The notes below the pieces were generated by a model. It was not told the DNA's origin and did no database searches. It was given only the letters and a program-made list of their open reading frames with translations. Shown one piece after another: positions 49,823 to 60,561 of a stretch of DNA of 64,000 nucleotides; position 1 is the first letter of the stretch, and every line of letters starts with the position of its first letter. This DNA comes from Candidatus Cloacimonadales bacterium (lineage in GTDB: Bacteria; Cloacimonadota; Cloacimonadia; Cloacimonadales; JAFGVF01). The translations under genes and the position numbers were made by a program. The stretch is taken from the NCBI GenBank assembly GCA_963677495.2, contig CAXXOU010000001.1, positions 224,001 through 288,000 on the forward strand. The letters are read 5' to 3'.

Positions 49823-52800
49823 CTAACGATGGTCTTCTTTGATAAATTCAATATCAAAACCAAGTGACTGTAATTCACTTATTAACACGTTGAATGATTC
49901 AGGTACTCCAGGTGGTGGTGGATTCTTACCACTTGTGATAGCCTTAAATGCATTAGTTCTTCCATCTACATCGTCAGATTTGATTGTTAACATCTCTTCA
50001 AGTAAATGAGCAGCACCATAAGCTTCAAGAGCCCAAACTTCCATCTCACCAAGACGCTGACCACCATGTTGAGCTTTACCACCCAATGGTTGCTGTGTAA
50101 TAAGTGAGTAAGGTCCGGTTGATCTTGCATGCATCTTATCTGCTACAAGATGGTTAAGTTTCATCATATAGATAACACCTACAGTTACTCTTTCTTTGAA
50201 AGGTTCACCGGTTTTACCATCATAAAGAACTTGCTTACCATCAACTGGAAGTTTGGCATCTTTAAGTTCTTTACTGATGTCTTCCCATGTTGCACCATCA
50301 AAGATAGGAGTTTCAACTTCGAACCCTAAAGTTCTTGCTGCCATACCTAAATGAGTTTCCATGATCTGACCAATATTCATACGAGAAGGCACACCAAGTG
50401 GATTCAGTACGATATCTACCGGAGTTCCATCTTCCATGAATGGCATATCAGCAACAGGAGCAACGATAGAGATAACACCTTTGTTACCATGTCTACCGGC
50501 CATTTTGTCACCAACTTGGATTTTACGTTTCTTAGCGATATAAACTTTAACCATTTTGCGAACACCATATGGAAGTTCGTCACCATGTTTTAAGCGATCA
50601 CGCTCTTTCTTATATATGTTATCACTTTCATCTTTAGCATTCTTCACAGCAAGAATCACGTTTTGATAGATAGTAAGATTCTTCTCAGGATCTTCTACTA
50701 ACTCAAGATCTGTATTCAAACGTTTGAAATCAATACGCTTGATATCGTCTTTTGTAATCTTCTTATCTGGTGCGATGAAAGGTATTTTTGTCTTCTCATG
50801 TATAATGTTCTTTGAAACTTCACCAACAAGGTACTCGCTCAGACGTGCTTCTTTGTATTCAGCAATACGTTTACGTCTTAGTAACTGGTCAGCTTTAAGT
50901 CTTTTGATGGTTGATTTATTATCTTCCTCAAGATCATTATATTCTTCTGAACGGGAGAATACTTTAACATCAATAACATACCCTTCCATTCCTGGTTTAG
51001 CTTTTAATGAGCTGTTGGTAAAATCACCTGCTCTATCACCAAACAGTGCACGCATAAGATTCTCTTCCGGAGAAGGATCAATCTCTACGCTCTTAGGTGT
51101 AATCTTACCAACAATGATATCGCCGGCTTTAACCTGTGAACCAACTCTAATAATACCTGTTTTATCAAGATTTCTAAGCGACTGAACAGGAACGTTAGGG
51201 ATATCATAAGCAAGCTGTTCCTTACCGTTCTTAACGTTACGAACAAGAACTTCAAGCTCTTCAATATATATAGAAGTGAGAGAGTCACGTCTAGCAACAT
51301 TCTCACTAAGAATAATAGCATCCTCATAGTTGTATCCATACCAAGGCATGAATGCAACAAGCATGTTAGTTCCTAATGCTAAACGCTCATCTTCGATACA
51401 AGCACCATCTGTAAGTTGTTGACCCTCAACAACCTTTTGACCAACCTTAACGATTGGACGTTGGTTAATGCAAGTATCTTGATTAGAACGAAGGAACTTT
51501 TTGAGTCTGATACGTCTTAAATCATTAAATGACAGATAATTTGCTGATTTCTTGTCAGGCTCTATTTCTATGTATTCAGATGTTACACTAACAATAGTAC
51601 CGTCATAAGGAGCAAGAAGAACAGTACCAGAATTCTTAGCAACAATTCTCTCCATAGAAGTACCTACAACAGGTGCTTCCGGATTTAATAATGGTACAGC
51701 CTGGCGTTGCATGTTAGATCCCATGAGAGCACGGTTAGCATCATCATGATCAAGGAAAGGTACAAGTGCAGCTGAAACTGAAACCATCTGTTGTGGTGAA
51801 ACATCCATATATTGTACATCTGTTGGAGGTACTAATACGAACTCACCTTTTGTTCTAGCATAAATTACTTCATCAGTAATCTCATGCTTCTCATTCATTG
51901 TAACGTTTATCTGAGCTATAAGATAATTATCTTCTTGTGCTGGGTCTAAGAATTCTACTTCACCAGTTACTTTACCATTCTCTACTTTATAGTATGGAGT
52001 TTCTAAGAAACCTAAACTATTGATTCGTGAGAATATTGATGGTGAAGATAGCAAACCAATATTTGCACCTTCAGGTGTTTCAATTGGGCAAACACGTCCA
52101 TAATGTGAATAGTGAACGTCACGAACCTCAAAACCGGCTCTTTCTCTTGTCAGACCACCAGGTCCGAGAGCTGAGAATCTTCTCTTATGCGTTAATGCCG
52201 CAAGTGGATTAGCCTGTTCCATATACTGGGATAACTGACCGGTAAGGAAGAATGTGTTAATAACACTAATTAAAGCATTACTATTTACTAAATCATGAAC
52301 AGTTACTTCATCATTATTAGCAATAGCCATTCTCTCTCGAGCAATTCTAGCAACCATGTTCAGACCCATATTATACTGTTCCTGAAGTAATTCACCAATA
52401 GTTCTGATTCTTCTGTTTGATAAATGGTCAATATCATCAACTACATCTGAGTCATTATAAATATTGATAAGAGTGTTGAAAATACTCTTGAAATCATCAA
52501 CAGTGAGAGAATGGTTGTCTAATGGAGTATCCAGCTGTAAACGACTATTCATTTTATAACGACCTACAGCACCCAAGTTATATTTCTTCACATTGAAGAA
52601 CATCTGTTTGATAAATTCAGCAGCAACTTCTGCAGCAGGTTCTTCGCCCGGGCGAATTAGGTTATAAATTTTCTTAGCAGCTTCATCCTGTGTTGTTGTA
52701 GGATCTTTATCGATGGTAGATTCTAAAACTTTCTTAAGAATTTCATTAGGATTCTTAATAATAGTTATCTCTTTAAGTCCACCCTGAGCTAACTCTTTAA

Positions 52801-53605
52801 GCAACTCTGGTGTGAGCTTCTCTCCGCCTTTAACAACGATCTCATTATGAGCGTTTTTAATATCACTAAAGCTATAACAGTTAGTCGACTTGTTAAGTTT
52901 AACGGTTTCATACTCATAGAAAGTTTTACGCAAATCATCGTTCTCAGAAAGACCAATAGCTCTTAAAAGAACTGATACTGGTAACTTACGTCTTTTATCA
53001 ATATGCACATACATAACGTCATGGATATCAATATTCATTTCCATCCATGAGCCAACATATGGTATTACTTTGCATGAATAAAGCATTTTACCACTTGGAT
53101 GTTTCTCTTCTGAGAAGTAAACACCAGGTGATCTGTGAAGCTGTGAGATAATGATTCTCTCAGCACCGTTAATCATATATGTTCCCTGTTGAGTTACTAA
53201 CGGTAACTCTCCAAGGAATACTTCCTGTTCAATCGAATCTTTGATTTCACGCTTACCACCATCAGGATCTTCTTCATCAAAAATGTGTAACAACATCTTT
53301 GCTTTAATTGCAGCTTGGTAAGTAAGATTTCTTTCAATACATTCTTCGATTGTATATTTTTCCTTTAAGACATTGTAACTAATAAACTCAAGGCGATAAT
53401 TGCCTTTTGTGTCTTCAATAGGGAAAACATTGTTAAAAACAGCTTGCAAACCCTTTTCTTCCCTTTGTGAGGGAGGGACGTTCCTCTGAAGGAATTCCTC
53501 GAATGAATCAACCTGCATAGCCAAAAGATTCGGCACTTCCACTTTAGGAATATTTAATTGGTCAAATCTAGTTGCTATACGGGAATAACTTTTGATCTGT
53601 CTCAA
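49823..53605 (-). CDS. rpoB: DNA-directed RNA polymerase subunit beta
   Basis: SQLHRSPG, ETPEG.NIGL, GSNMQRQA, GDKMAGRHGNKG, GGQRLGEMEVWALEAYG. Confidence 0.99.
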   Translation of the reverse strand: MRQIKSYSRIATRFDQLNIPKVEVPNLLAMQVDSFEEFLQRNVPPSQREEKGLQAVFNNVFPIEDTKGNYRLEFISYNVLKEKYTIEECIERNLTYQAAIKAKMLLHIFDEEDPDGGKREIKDSIEQEVFLGELPLVTQQGTYMINGAERIIISQLHRSPGVYFSEEKHPSGKMLYSCKVIPYVGSWMEMNIDIHDVMYVHIDKRRKLPVSVLLRAIGLSENDDLRKTFYEYETVKLNKSTNCYSFSDIKNAHNEIVVKGGEKLTPELLKELAQGGLKEITIIKNPNEILKKVLESTIDKDPTTTQDEAAKKIYNLIRPGEEPAAEVAAEFIKQMFFNVKKYNLGAVGRYKMNSRLQLDTPLDNHSLTVDDFKSIFNTLINIYNDSDVVDDIDHLSNRRIRTIGELLQEQYNMGLNMVARIARERMAIANNDEVTVHDLVNSNALISVINTFFLTGQLSQYMEQANPLAALTHKRRFSALGPGGLTRERAGFEVRDVHYSHYGRVCPIETPEGANIGLLSSPSIFSRINSLGFLETPYYKVENGKVTGEVEFLDPAQEDNYLIAQINVTMNEKHEITDEVIYARTKGEFVLVPPTDVQYMDVSPQQMVSVSAALVPFLDHDDANRALMGSNMQRQAVPLLNPEAPVVGTSMERIVAKNSGTVLLAPYDGTIVSVTSEYIEIEPDKKSANYLSFNDLRRIRLKKFLRSNQDTCINQRPIVKVGQKVVEGQQLTDGACIEDERLALGTNMLVAFMPWYGYNYEDAIILSENVARRDSLTSIYIEELEVLVRNVKNGKEQLAYDIPNVPVQSLRNLDKTGIIRVGSQVKAGDIIVGKITPKSVEIDPSPEENLMRALFGDRAGDFTNSSLKAKPGMEGYVIDVKVFSRSEEYNDLEEDNKSTIKRLKADQLLRRKRIAEYKEARLSEYLVGEVSKNIIHEKTKIPFIAPDKKITKDDIKRIDFKRLNTDLELVEDPEKNLTIYQNVILAVKNAKDESDNIYKKERDRLKHGDELPYGVRKMVKVYIAKKRKIQVGDKMAGRHGNKGVISIVAPVADMPFMEDGTPVDIVLNPLGVPSRMNIGQIMETHLGMAARTLGFEVETPIFDGATWEDISKELKDAKLPVDGKQVLYDGKTGEPFKERVTVGVIYMMKLNHLVADKMHARSTGPYSLITQQPLGGKAQHGGQRLGEMEVWALEAYGAAHLLEEMLTIKSDDVDGRTNAFKAITSGKNPPPPGVPESFNVLISELQSLGFDIEFIKEDHR

Positions 53606-53661
53606 AAGTCGCTCCTTTAAATTCTTTGAAATGTTAAGAGATAGAGGTTTTTAAATACAAC

Positions 53662-53691
53662 TGGAAGTGGATGTTAAAGCATCCACTTCCT
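53662..53691. terminator. hairpin (possible attenuator) between rplL and rpoB
   Basis: GGAAGTGGATG-ttaaag-CATCCACTTCC; no strong U tract. Confidence 0.5.
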
Positions 53692-53708
53692 TAAAGTTAT
53701 GACTTGAA

Positions 53709-54086
53709 CTATTTAATTTCGCAAGATGCGCCAGCATCGTCAAGTTTAGTCTTAACAGCTTCGGCTTCTTCTTTAGAAACTTTTTCTACAACTGGCTTTG
53801 GAGCAGCATCAACAAGAGCTTTTGCTTCTTTAAGACCAAGTTTAGTGATTTCACGAACTACTTTAATTACGTTGATCTTTTTCTCGCCTGGGCTTGTAAG
53901 AACTACATCAAATTCTGTTTTTTCTTCAGCAGCTTCAGCGCCAGCACCTGGCATTGCAGCAACAGCAGCTACAGGAGCAGCAGCACTTACACCAAATATT
54001 TCTTCGAGTTCACTTACTAACTCAGAAAGTTCAAGGACGGACATTTCTTTTATAATATCAATAATCTGTTGTTTCTTCTCAGACAT
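53709..54086 (-). CDS. rplL: 50S ribosomal protein L7/L12
   Basis: [31 protein letters not shown]. Confidence 0.98.
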   Translation of the reverse strand: MSEKKQQIIDIIKEMSVLELSELVSELEEIFGVSAAAPVAAVAAMPGAGAEAAEEKTEFDVVLTSPGEKKINVIKVVREITKLGLKEAKALVDAAPKPVVEKVSKEEAEAVKTKLDDAGASCEIK

Positions 54087-54125
54087 GGTTCCTCCACATA
54101 TTATCTTTTTTTGTTTTAATTTTTT

Positions 54126-54656
54126 TTATTCAGCTTTTTGTTTAGCGATAGCGTCAACCGCATAGAAGAATTTCTTGATGATTCCGGCACATACTGTAGC
54201 CATTCCCTGGATTGGTCCGTTGAAACATCTCAGAACCTGACCGATTAACTCGTCGCGTGATGGCATCTTAGCTAACTGATTAAGTTGCTTTGGTTCAAAT
54301 ACGACTCCGTTTACATAACCGACCTTGAAAGCTGGGAACTCTTTATCACCCATTACATCTTTCTTAAACTTCGCTATGACTTTCGCAGGAGCAACTTCAT
54401 CGTTCTTTGAAACTGCAACTGCTGTTGAATCTTTGAGATATGAATCGAGCTCTGTTACACCAAGTTCGTTGAGAGCGATTTTGATAAGTGTGTTTTTCTG
54501 AACAAAATAATCAACTTGATCTTCTCTCATACGGTGCCTTAACTCATTCACCTCATCTATGTTTATTCCTTTGTAATCCACTAAAACTATCGCTTTAGCA
54601 TCTTTGATACGAGCCTTAATCTCTTTTACTGCGTCTATTTTATAGCTTTGTACCAT
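54126..54656 (-). CDS. rplJ: 50S ribosomal protein L10
   Basis: VDYKG, V.KNTL, LAKMPSR; AGGAG RBS before ATG 54656. Confidence 0.96.
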   Translation of the reverse strand: MVQSYKIDAVKEIKARIKDAKAIVLVDYKGINIDEVNELRHRMREDQVDYFVQKNTLIKIALNELGVTELDSYLKDSTAVAVSKNDEVAPAKVIAKFKKDVMGDKEFPAFKVGYVNGVVFEPKQLNQLAKMPSRDELIGQVLRCFNGPIQGMATVCAGIIKKFFYAVDAIAKQKAE

Positions 54657-54666
54657 CTGGACTCTC

Positions 54667-55371
54667 CTAACTCTTTGCATCTATAGTTGCAGATGAAATG
54701 TTCAGCTTGATTCCAGGACTCATTGTAGCTGTTACAGTAATACTCTTAATGTAAACGCCTTTGAGTGCTGAAGGTTTGTCTTTTAGAACAGCAGCGATAA
54801 TAGTTTTGATATTACCATATAGCTTTTCTTGTTCGAAGCTGACTTTACCGGCAGGGATATGAAGGTTTGAGAACTTATCAACACGATAAGCTACCTTACC
54901 ACCTTTCGAATCCTGAACGGCTTTTGATACATCCATTGTAACTGTTCCAACTTTTGGATTTGGCATTAAACCACGAGGTCCAAGTACTCTACCTAAACGA
55001 CCAATCTTACCCATTAAGTTTGGAGTTGCAATTACTACGTCAAAATCTAACCAACCTGAGTTGATCTTCTCGATATATTCATCAAGTCCTACGTAGTTAG
55101 CTCCGGCAGCTTCAGCTTCTTCTGCTTTCGCACCTTCTGCGAAAACAAGTACTGTTACCTGTTTACCGGTTCCATGTGGTAAGATAAGGGAGTTACGGAT
55201 CTGTTGATCAGCCTTACGTGGGTCGACTCCAAGATTGAAATGAACTTCTACTGTCTCGTCAAATTTAGACGTGGGTAATGACTTGAGCAGTTCTACCGCT
55301 TCCGCGATATCGTATCTTTTCAATCTATCAACCTGTGCAAGGGCCTGGCGATATTTTTTACTTTTTTGCAT
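54667..55371 (-). CDS. rplA: 50S ribosomal protein L1
   Basis: [31 protein letters not shown]. Confidence 0.98.
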   Translation of the reverse strand: MQKSKKYRQALAQVDRLKRYDIAEAVELLKSLPTSKFDETVEVHFNLGVDPRKADQQIRNSLILPHGTGKQVTVLVFAEGAKAEEAEAAGANYVGLDEYIEKINSGWLDFDVVIATPNLMGKIGRLGRVLGPRGLMPNPKVGTVTMDVSKAVQDSKGGKVAYRVDKFSNLHIPAGKVSFEQEKLYGNIKTIIAAVLKDKPSALKGVYIKSITVTATMSPGIKLNISSATIDAKS

Positions 55372-55402
55372 TCATACTCCTTCTAGAATATACTCCGCAG
55401 GT

Positions 55403-55828
55403 TTAGTCTTCGACTAAAACACCCATGCTGCGTGCAGTTCCTGCGACCATACTCATAGCAGATTCCATGGAATGACAATTCATATCTTTCATTTTCATCT
55501 CAGCTATCTTTCTGACAGATTCCTTTGATACTGTTCCAACTTTATTCTTGTTGGGTTCTCCGGAACCTTTTGCTAAACCAGCCTCTTTCTTAATCAAAAC
55601 TGCTGCAGGAGGAGTCTTAATTTCGAACGTAAATGACTTGTTTCTAGCGACAGAGATAACAACCGGAAATATCATTCCCGGGCTGTCTTTTGTTCGATCG
55701 TTGAACTGACGGCAAAATTCTGCTATATTAACACCAGCTTGACCAAGTGCAGGACCGACTGGAGGTGCAGGGGTCGCTGCTCCGGCAGGTAACTGGAGTT
55801 TTACGATTACGTTTTCATTCTTTGCCAT
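55403..55828 (-). CDS. rplK: 50S ribosomal protein L11
   Basis: [24 protein letters not shown]. Confidence 0.98.
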   Translation of the reverse strand: MAKNENVIVKLQLPAGAATPAPPVGPALGQAGVNIAEFCRQFNDRTKDSPGMIFPVVISVARNKSFTFEIKTPPAAVLIKKEAGLAKGSGEPNKNKVGTVSKESVRKIAEMKMKDMNCHSMESAMSMVAGTARSMGVLVED

Positions 55829-55849
55829 TATTCTACCTCATCTATTAAG

Positions 55850-56374
55850 TTATTTTTTAATTTCTACTTGATCGGCGCTTACTTCAACAGGTGTAATTCT
55901 ACCAAATACAGTTACATTTACTGTAAGGCGAACTCCATCACTGTCTAGTTTATCTACAACACCTTCAAAGTCCATAAACGGCCCGGCAATAATGTTTACA
56001 TGATCACCCGGCAGGATTTCGTGCATGGAGGAGCTACCTTGATCGCGGTTATCAATACCCAAAAGACGATCTACTTCGTCTTGTGGCAAGGCTATTGGAT
56101 TCTTTCCATAACCAAGTATATGAGTTACTCCGCTTACGTTCAAGATGTAAGTCTTAACTTCAGGTGTCAAATCTGCTTCGATAATTATATAGCTATTAAA
56201 TAGCTTCTTTTCGCGCTCTATTTTCTTCCCATCACGAATATGAAAAGTTTTCTGAGTTGGAACCAGTATCTGTCCTATCTTCCCTTCGATAGGGGTGTTG
56301 AGAATACCTTTAGCGATAGTCTCTTTTACACGGTTCTCATGGGAATAATAGGTGTGTACAACATACCATTTCAT
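55850..56374 (-). CDS. nusG: transcription termination/antitermination factor NusG
   Basis: KWYVVHT, GPF..FEG, VFGR.TPVE; secE-nusG-rplK synteny. Confidence 0.96.
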   Translation of the reverse strand: MKWYVVHTYYSHENRVKETIAKGILNTPIEGKIGQILVPTQKTFHIRDGKKIEREKKLFNSYIIIEADLTPEVKTYILNVSGVTHILGYGKNPIALPQDEVDRLLGIDNRDQGSSSMHEILPGDHVNIIAGPFMDFEGVVDKLDSDGVRLTVNVTVFGRITPVEVSADQVEIKK

Positions 56375-56394
56375 ATATTAGGTTCCTGTTTTGC

Positions 56395-56583
56395 TTAATA
56401 TCCGAAGATTACCTTATTGATTAAGAGCTTAAAAACTAAATCAACTGCAAAAAGGAAAGTAGCAGTAATAATAGACATTATTATCACAGCTGTTGTTCCC
56501 TCTACTAAATCAGCCTTTGTAGGCCAACTTACAGATTTCAATTCAGTCTTAACTTCTTTCAAAAACTTTACTAGTTTATTCAT
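56395..56583 (-). CDS. secE: preprotein translocase subunit SecE
   Basis: FLKEVKTELKSVSWPT plus TM helix. Confidence 0.95.
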   Translation of the reverse strand: MNKLVKFLKEVKTELKSVSWPTKADLVEGTTAVIIMSIITATFLFAVDLVFKLLINKVIFGY

Positions 56584-56672
56584 ACAACACTCACATCCAA
56601 TAAATCTGTAATTATTATAAAGGCTAATAAGTCAGCGAAACTTTCGCTCCGCTGACTTCAAGCTTTTATATC

Positions 56673-56748
56673 TGGCAGGACAGGCAGGACTCGAACCCGC
56701 AACACCTGGTTTTGGAGACCAGTGCTCTACCAATTGAACTACTGTCCT
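56673..56748 (-). tRNA. tRNA-Trp(CCA)
   Basis: Cloverleaf AGGACAG...CTGGT-CTCCAAA-ACCAG...GTTCGAGTC...CCA. Confidence 0.97.
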
Positions 56749-56757
56749 GTATAACCA

Positions 56758-56907
56758 CTATTTATTTTGTTTATGGTTAGTATGCTTCCGACAAGTTGGG
56801 CAATATTTCTTTAAAGCCAATCTCTCCGGATGCTTTCTTTTGTTTTTTGTAGTAGTGTAATTTCTGTTCTTACACTCCTGACATTCGAGAATTATAATAT
56901 CTCTCAT
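56758..56907 (-). CDS. rpmG: 50S ribosomal protein L33 (zinc-binding type)
   Basis: Manual translation [49 protein letters not shown]; below the ORF-track size cutoff. Confidence 0.97.
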   Translation of the reverse strand: MRDIIILECQECKNRNYTTTKNKRKHPERLALKKYCPTCRKHTNHKQNK

Positions 56908-56918
56908 TTATCTGCACC

Positions 56919-58103
56919 TTACTCGACGATTGTTCCGACAACTCCGGCACCGATAGTTCTTCCGCCTTCACGGATAGCATAACGAAGACCTTGCTCCATA
57001 GCGATAGGTGTGATAAGTTCACCAGTGATCTCTACGTTATCACCAGGCATAACCATCTCAATACCTTCAGGTAAGTGCAATGATCCGGTAACGTCTGTTG
57101 TTCTGAAATAGAACTGAGGACGATAGCCGTCGAAGAATGGTTTATGACGTCCACCTTCATCCTTAGTGAGGATATAAGTTTTGCCACTGAATTTTGTATG
57201 AGGTGTAACACTCTTTGGTTTAGCGAGAACCATACCGCGTTCGATATCTTCTTTACCCATACCACGAAGCAACATACCGATATTGTCACCGGCTTGAGCT
57301 GAATCCATGATTTTACGGAACATTTCAACACCTGTACAAGTAGTTTCAACTGTTTCGCGAATACCAATTCTAGCAACTTTGTCTTGCATTTTGATTACGC
57401 CACGCTCAACACGACCTGTAGCAACTGTACCACGGCCAGGAATTGAGAATACGTCTTCGACAGGCATAAGGAAAGGCTGATCGATTGCTCTTTCAGGTTC
57501 TGGAATATATGCATCAACTTGGTCGATAAGTTCCTGAATCTGTGCTTCGCCTTCTGGATCTCCGTTAAGAGCTTTAAGTGCTGAACCCATTACGATAGGA
57601 ATATCATCACCAGGGAAGTCGTATGTTGAAAGAAGATCTCTAACTTCCATCTCTACAAGTTCAAGAAGTTCTTCATCATCAACAAGGTCAACCTTGTTAA
57701 GGAATACAACCATAGCTGGAACACCAACCTGGCGAGCGAGCAAGATGTGCTCACGAGTCTGAGGCATAGGACCATCAGCTGCGCTTACGACAAGAATAGC
57801 TCCGTCCATCTGTGCAGCACCAGTGATCATGTTTTTAACATAGTCAGCGTGACCAGGACAGTCAACGTGTGCATAGTGACGAATTTCTGATTCGTATTCA
57901 ACGTGAGCAGTAGCAATAGTTATACCACGAGCTTTCTCTTCAGGTGCGTTATCAATTGAATCAAATGATCTGAACTCAGCGCCTTTTTTCTTACTGAGAT
58001 ACAAAGTCATTGCGGCTGTTAAAGTAGTTTTACCATGATCAACGTGACCAATGGTGCCTACATTAACATGGGGCTTGGTGCGTACAAATTTCTCTTTAGC
58101 CAT
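56919..58103 (-). CDS. tuf: elongation factor Tu
   Basis: [41 protein letters not shown]. Confidence 0.99.
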   Translation of the reverse strand: MAKEKFVRTKPHVNVGTIGHVDHGKTTLTAAMTLYLSKKKGAEFRSFDSIDNAPEEKARGITIATAHVEYESEIRHYAHVDCPGHADYVKNMITGAAQMDGAILVVSAADGPMPQTREHILLARQVGVPAMVVFLNKVDLVDDEELLELVEMEVRDLLSTYDFPGDDIPIVMGSALKALNGDPEGEAQIQELIDQVDAYIPEPERAIDQPFLMPVEDVFSIPGRGTVATGRVERGVIKMQDKVARIGIRETVETTCTGVEMFRKIMDSAQAGDNIGMLLRGMGKEDIERGMVLAKPKSVTPHTKFSGKTYILTKDEGGRHKPFFDGYRPQFYFRTTDVTGSLHLPEGIEMVMPGDNVEITGELITPIAMEQGLRYAIREGGRTIGAGVVGTIVE

Positions 58104-58172
58104 TTCTCCTCCCAGAGGTAATGTAGTTGTATTTGTTTGTTGTTTTAATTTAATTTCTTCTATATATAACAA

Positions 58173-58248
58173 TGGAGCTCATGATCGGACTTGAACCGAC
58201 GACCTCGTCCTTACCAAGGAAGTGCTCTACCGACTGAGCTACATGAGC
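58173..58248 (-). tRNA. tRNA-Thr(GGT)
   Basis: GCTCATG...TTGGTAA loop...GGTTCAAGTCC...CCA. Confidence 0.95.
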
Positions 58249-58263
58249 TTGTATATAAAAATT

Positions 58264-58340
58264 TGGAGCGGGAGACGGGATTCGAACCCGCGACCCTCAG
58301 CTTGGAAGGCTGATGCTCTAGCCAACTGAGCTACTCCCGC
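58264..58340 (-). tRNA. tRNA-Gly(TCC)
   Basis: GCGGGAG...TCAGC-CTTCCAA-GCTGA...GTTCGAATC...CCA. Confidence 0.97.
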
Positions 58341-58375
58341 AAACTTAACTGCGACTTTTTACATAAAATAAAAAA

Positions 58376-58461
58376 TGGTGGAGAGGGTAGGATTTGAACC
58401 TACGAAGGCGTCCGCCGACAGATTTACAGTCTGTTCCCTTTGACCACTCGGGAACCTCTCC
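58376..58461 (-). tRNA. tRNA-Tyr(GTA)
   Basis: GGAGAGG...ACAGA-CTGTAAA-TCTGT, long variable arm, CCA. Confidence 0.97.
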
Positions 58462-58467
58462 ACTTTC

Positions 58468-58542
58468 TGGAGCCGAAGAAGGGAATCGAACCCCCAACCT
58501 AGTGATTACAAATCACTTGCTCTACCGTTGAGCTACTTCGGC
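58468..58542 (-). tRNA. tRNA-Thr(TGT)
   Basis: GCCGAAG...AGTGA-TTTGTAA-TCACT...GTTCGATTC...CCA. Confidence 0.97.
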
Positions 58543-59012
58543 TCGTCATGTTGCGTCATAAAACTTTTCGCTTTCTCTATGTCAAGATTTATTTACATCT
58601 TTTCTTTGCTCATCCACACACTATGCATACTTCAAATATCTTTTGCAATATCATCGCAAAAAATAAAACCACTTACATTATGTCAAATATTTTTTCTTAG
58701 CCTTTACTAAACCCTTTGTTAACTATATAATTACATCTTAGCTTTTATCTCTACACTGCCCCTTACTATGCATTTCTATCTACTTTTTTATGCTAGTTAT
58801 TTTGCCCTATTTTTTTTGCTTTTTTCTGTAGACTTTATAAATGTTTGCCCTATTCGTTCAGTCTTTGATTGCTCTTTTACCATTTTTTATGTTGTTTGAT
58901 TTCAGGTTTAATTCCTGATATAGTAGGCAGTATATTAGGATTTCGCATGTTTTATTATCATCTGCTCCCTTTTTGGGAAGATAATGTACCTTCATGAGAT
59001 GAGATTCTTATA

Positions 59013-59888
59013 CTATAATAGCACTTCCTCAGTTGGAATCGCTTCTAATCTGACCTCTTTATATGTCTTTTCTCCCTCCTCAAGGATGAACCTGGAGTTA
59101 TTAGGATAATAACCATCACTAGAAACATGAATCTCATATTCCCCTATTGGAAGACCAATTTTTTTAATGTGACTACCTGTATAAGTCTCTTCAAACTCTC
59201 CACAACTTATTTTTATCTGTGCATCAGCTGCGAAAACTCTAATCTCTAAACAGCTAGAAACAATATCTGGAAAGAAGTCTTTAGTATAAACTTGACCCTT
59301 TTTGATCTCAACAAATTCATTTATATCCTCATATCCTTGCAACTTTGCTTCTATTATAACATGCTGTGGAATGATTCGTATCTCATTTGCTTTTCTTTTT
59401 TCGATCAGTATACCGTTTATACGAATTTTGGTGAAAGGGTTAAATTTGAACTTGAGAATGGCATACTCATCATCTCCATAGGCAAAGAGTTTTCGCTTCA
59501 CCCCTTTTGGGTTCCCTGCAAGCTTAAAAAGAAATCCCTCTTTATTGTTAAAGGACTTAATCCCAAAATCGCTTAAGTTTAGCCTTAAATCATCATAACC
59601 AACAGCTCTAATTATAATTTCCTCTGTAGCTTCCGGTAATGCAAAGACAGACATATCTTCCGCTAACTTAGAATCGAGTTCTTTTCCATTCAGATTGAAA
59701 ACTTGAAGATTATCAAGGATGTACAGCTCTGACCAAAAAGCAATAATGGCTGTATCTCTATTAAAATGGTTCTTGTATTCAATGTAATTAACATTGCGTA
59801 CAGGTTCACCTTCCACACTCAATTGATTAGTTTTGCTCAAGAGTATTGCAAATAGTACCAAAGAAATAGTAAGTATCTTTTTTATCAT
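59013..59888 (-). CDS. secreted PEGA-domain-like protein
   Basis: Signal peptide; repeated beta-sandwich motifs (A.GY, LPIGEYEIHVSSDGY). Confidence 0.7.
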   Translation of the reverse strand: MIKKILTISLVLFAILLSKTNQLSVEGEPVRNVNYIEYKNHFNRDTAIIAFWSELYILDNLQVFNLNGKELDSKLAEDMSVFALPEATEEIIIRAVGYDDLRLNLSDFGIKSFNNKEGFLFKLAGNPKGVKRKLFAYGDDEYAILKFKFNPFTKIRINGILIEKRKANEIRIIPQHVIIEAKLQGYEDINEFVEIKKGQVYTKDFFPDIVSSCLEIRVFAADAQIKISCGEFEETYTGSHIKKIGLPIGEYEIHVSSDGYYPNNSRFILEEGEKTYKEVRLEAIPTEEVLL

Positions 59889-60067
59889 TGTTCTTCATTT
59901 CCTTCAAATCAATTTTGATAGACAAATTTCATGCTGTCAAGATTATAAATTCCATTTCTTACCATATTACATAATTTCAATATTTCATTTCTTCCTATTC
60001 TAATGCTTCAATTTTTTATCTCTTTTTTCTCGCAAGTTTATGCCTCCCTCCCTTTAGCATCTCTTTA

Positions 60068-60175
60068 CAAGAACTTCCTTGCACCGTTAAAAATGTTATG
60101 CACACGATGTGGATAACTTTAGGGTTTCATAGGGAGGGTCTAGGGAGGCTAAAGGGAGGGACAAGCGAGATTCAA
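60068..60175. repeat. dispersed element with inverted DnaA-box pair and phased TAGGGAG array (copy 2)
   Basis: Homologous to 7648-7760, same orientation, offset 52,420 bp. Confidence 0.85.
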
Positions 60176-60272
60176 GGTTTTTGAAGCAGGACGTACCAGA
60201 CTTGTAACAGAAACGTAAAGAATTAAGGGAGATTGCTAAAAGCGGAACACAAGTGAAGCAATAGCGGACTTC

Positions 60273-60347
60273 CTTACTTCTTTGAAGTGGGTAGATGCTT
60301 ACTTCTTTGAAGTGGGTAGATGCTTACTTCTTTGAGGTGGGTGAATG
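60273..60347. repeat. 3 x 25-bp tandem repeat
   Basis: CTTACTTCTTTGAAGTGGGTAGATG at 60273 and 60298, degenerate copy at 60323. Confidence 0.9.
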
Positions 60348-60409
60348 CTCGGGTATGTGTTGGAATATTTAGAAAGACTTTATTGCATAATGACTTGCGA
60401 GAGTAAGAT

Positions 60410-60458
60410 CTTTTTAGGAAGTTCGTTCTCCCGCTGGTCGTAACAAACTCCCTAAAAA
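60410..60458 (-). repeat. family C hairpin, 49 bp
   Basis: 46/49 identical to 62646-62694. Confidence 0.85.
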
Positions 60459-60561
60459 ATTGCTTTCTGCTTCGTCCCACATTAGAGTGGTGTAAGCTAA
60501 CAATACTTATTTCTTGCCTTAGAATGAGACTTAACTATAATTACCATCATAGAGGAGTATT

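Noticed and set aside
45389..54165. Many antisense and alternative-frame ORFs over rpoB, rpoC and rplL (and over other housekeeping genes)
   Set aside because: Shadow ORFs produced by the codon bias of highly expressed genes; no motifs or RBS
54657..54666. L10 leader upstream of rplJ
   Set aside because: Only 10 bp separate rplA and rplJ, leaving no room for the leader
58550..59010. Hidden gene or ncRNA in the AT-rich gap upstream of the tRNA cluster
   Set aside because: No credible ORF or structure; consistent with promoter and upstream sequence (TTGACA on - at 58580-58585)
60273..60347. Mini-CRISPR
   Set aside because: The repeats are contiguous with no spacers
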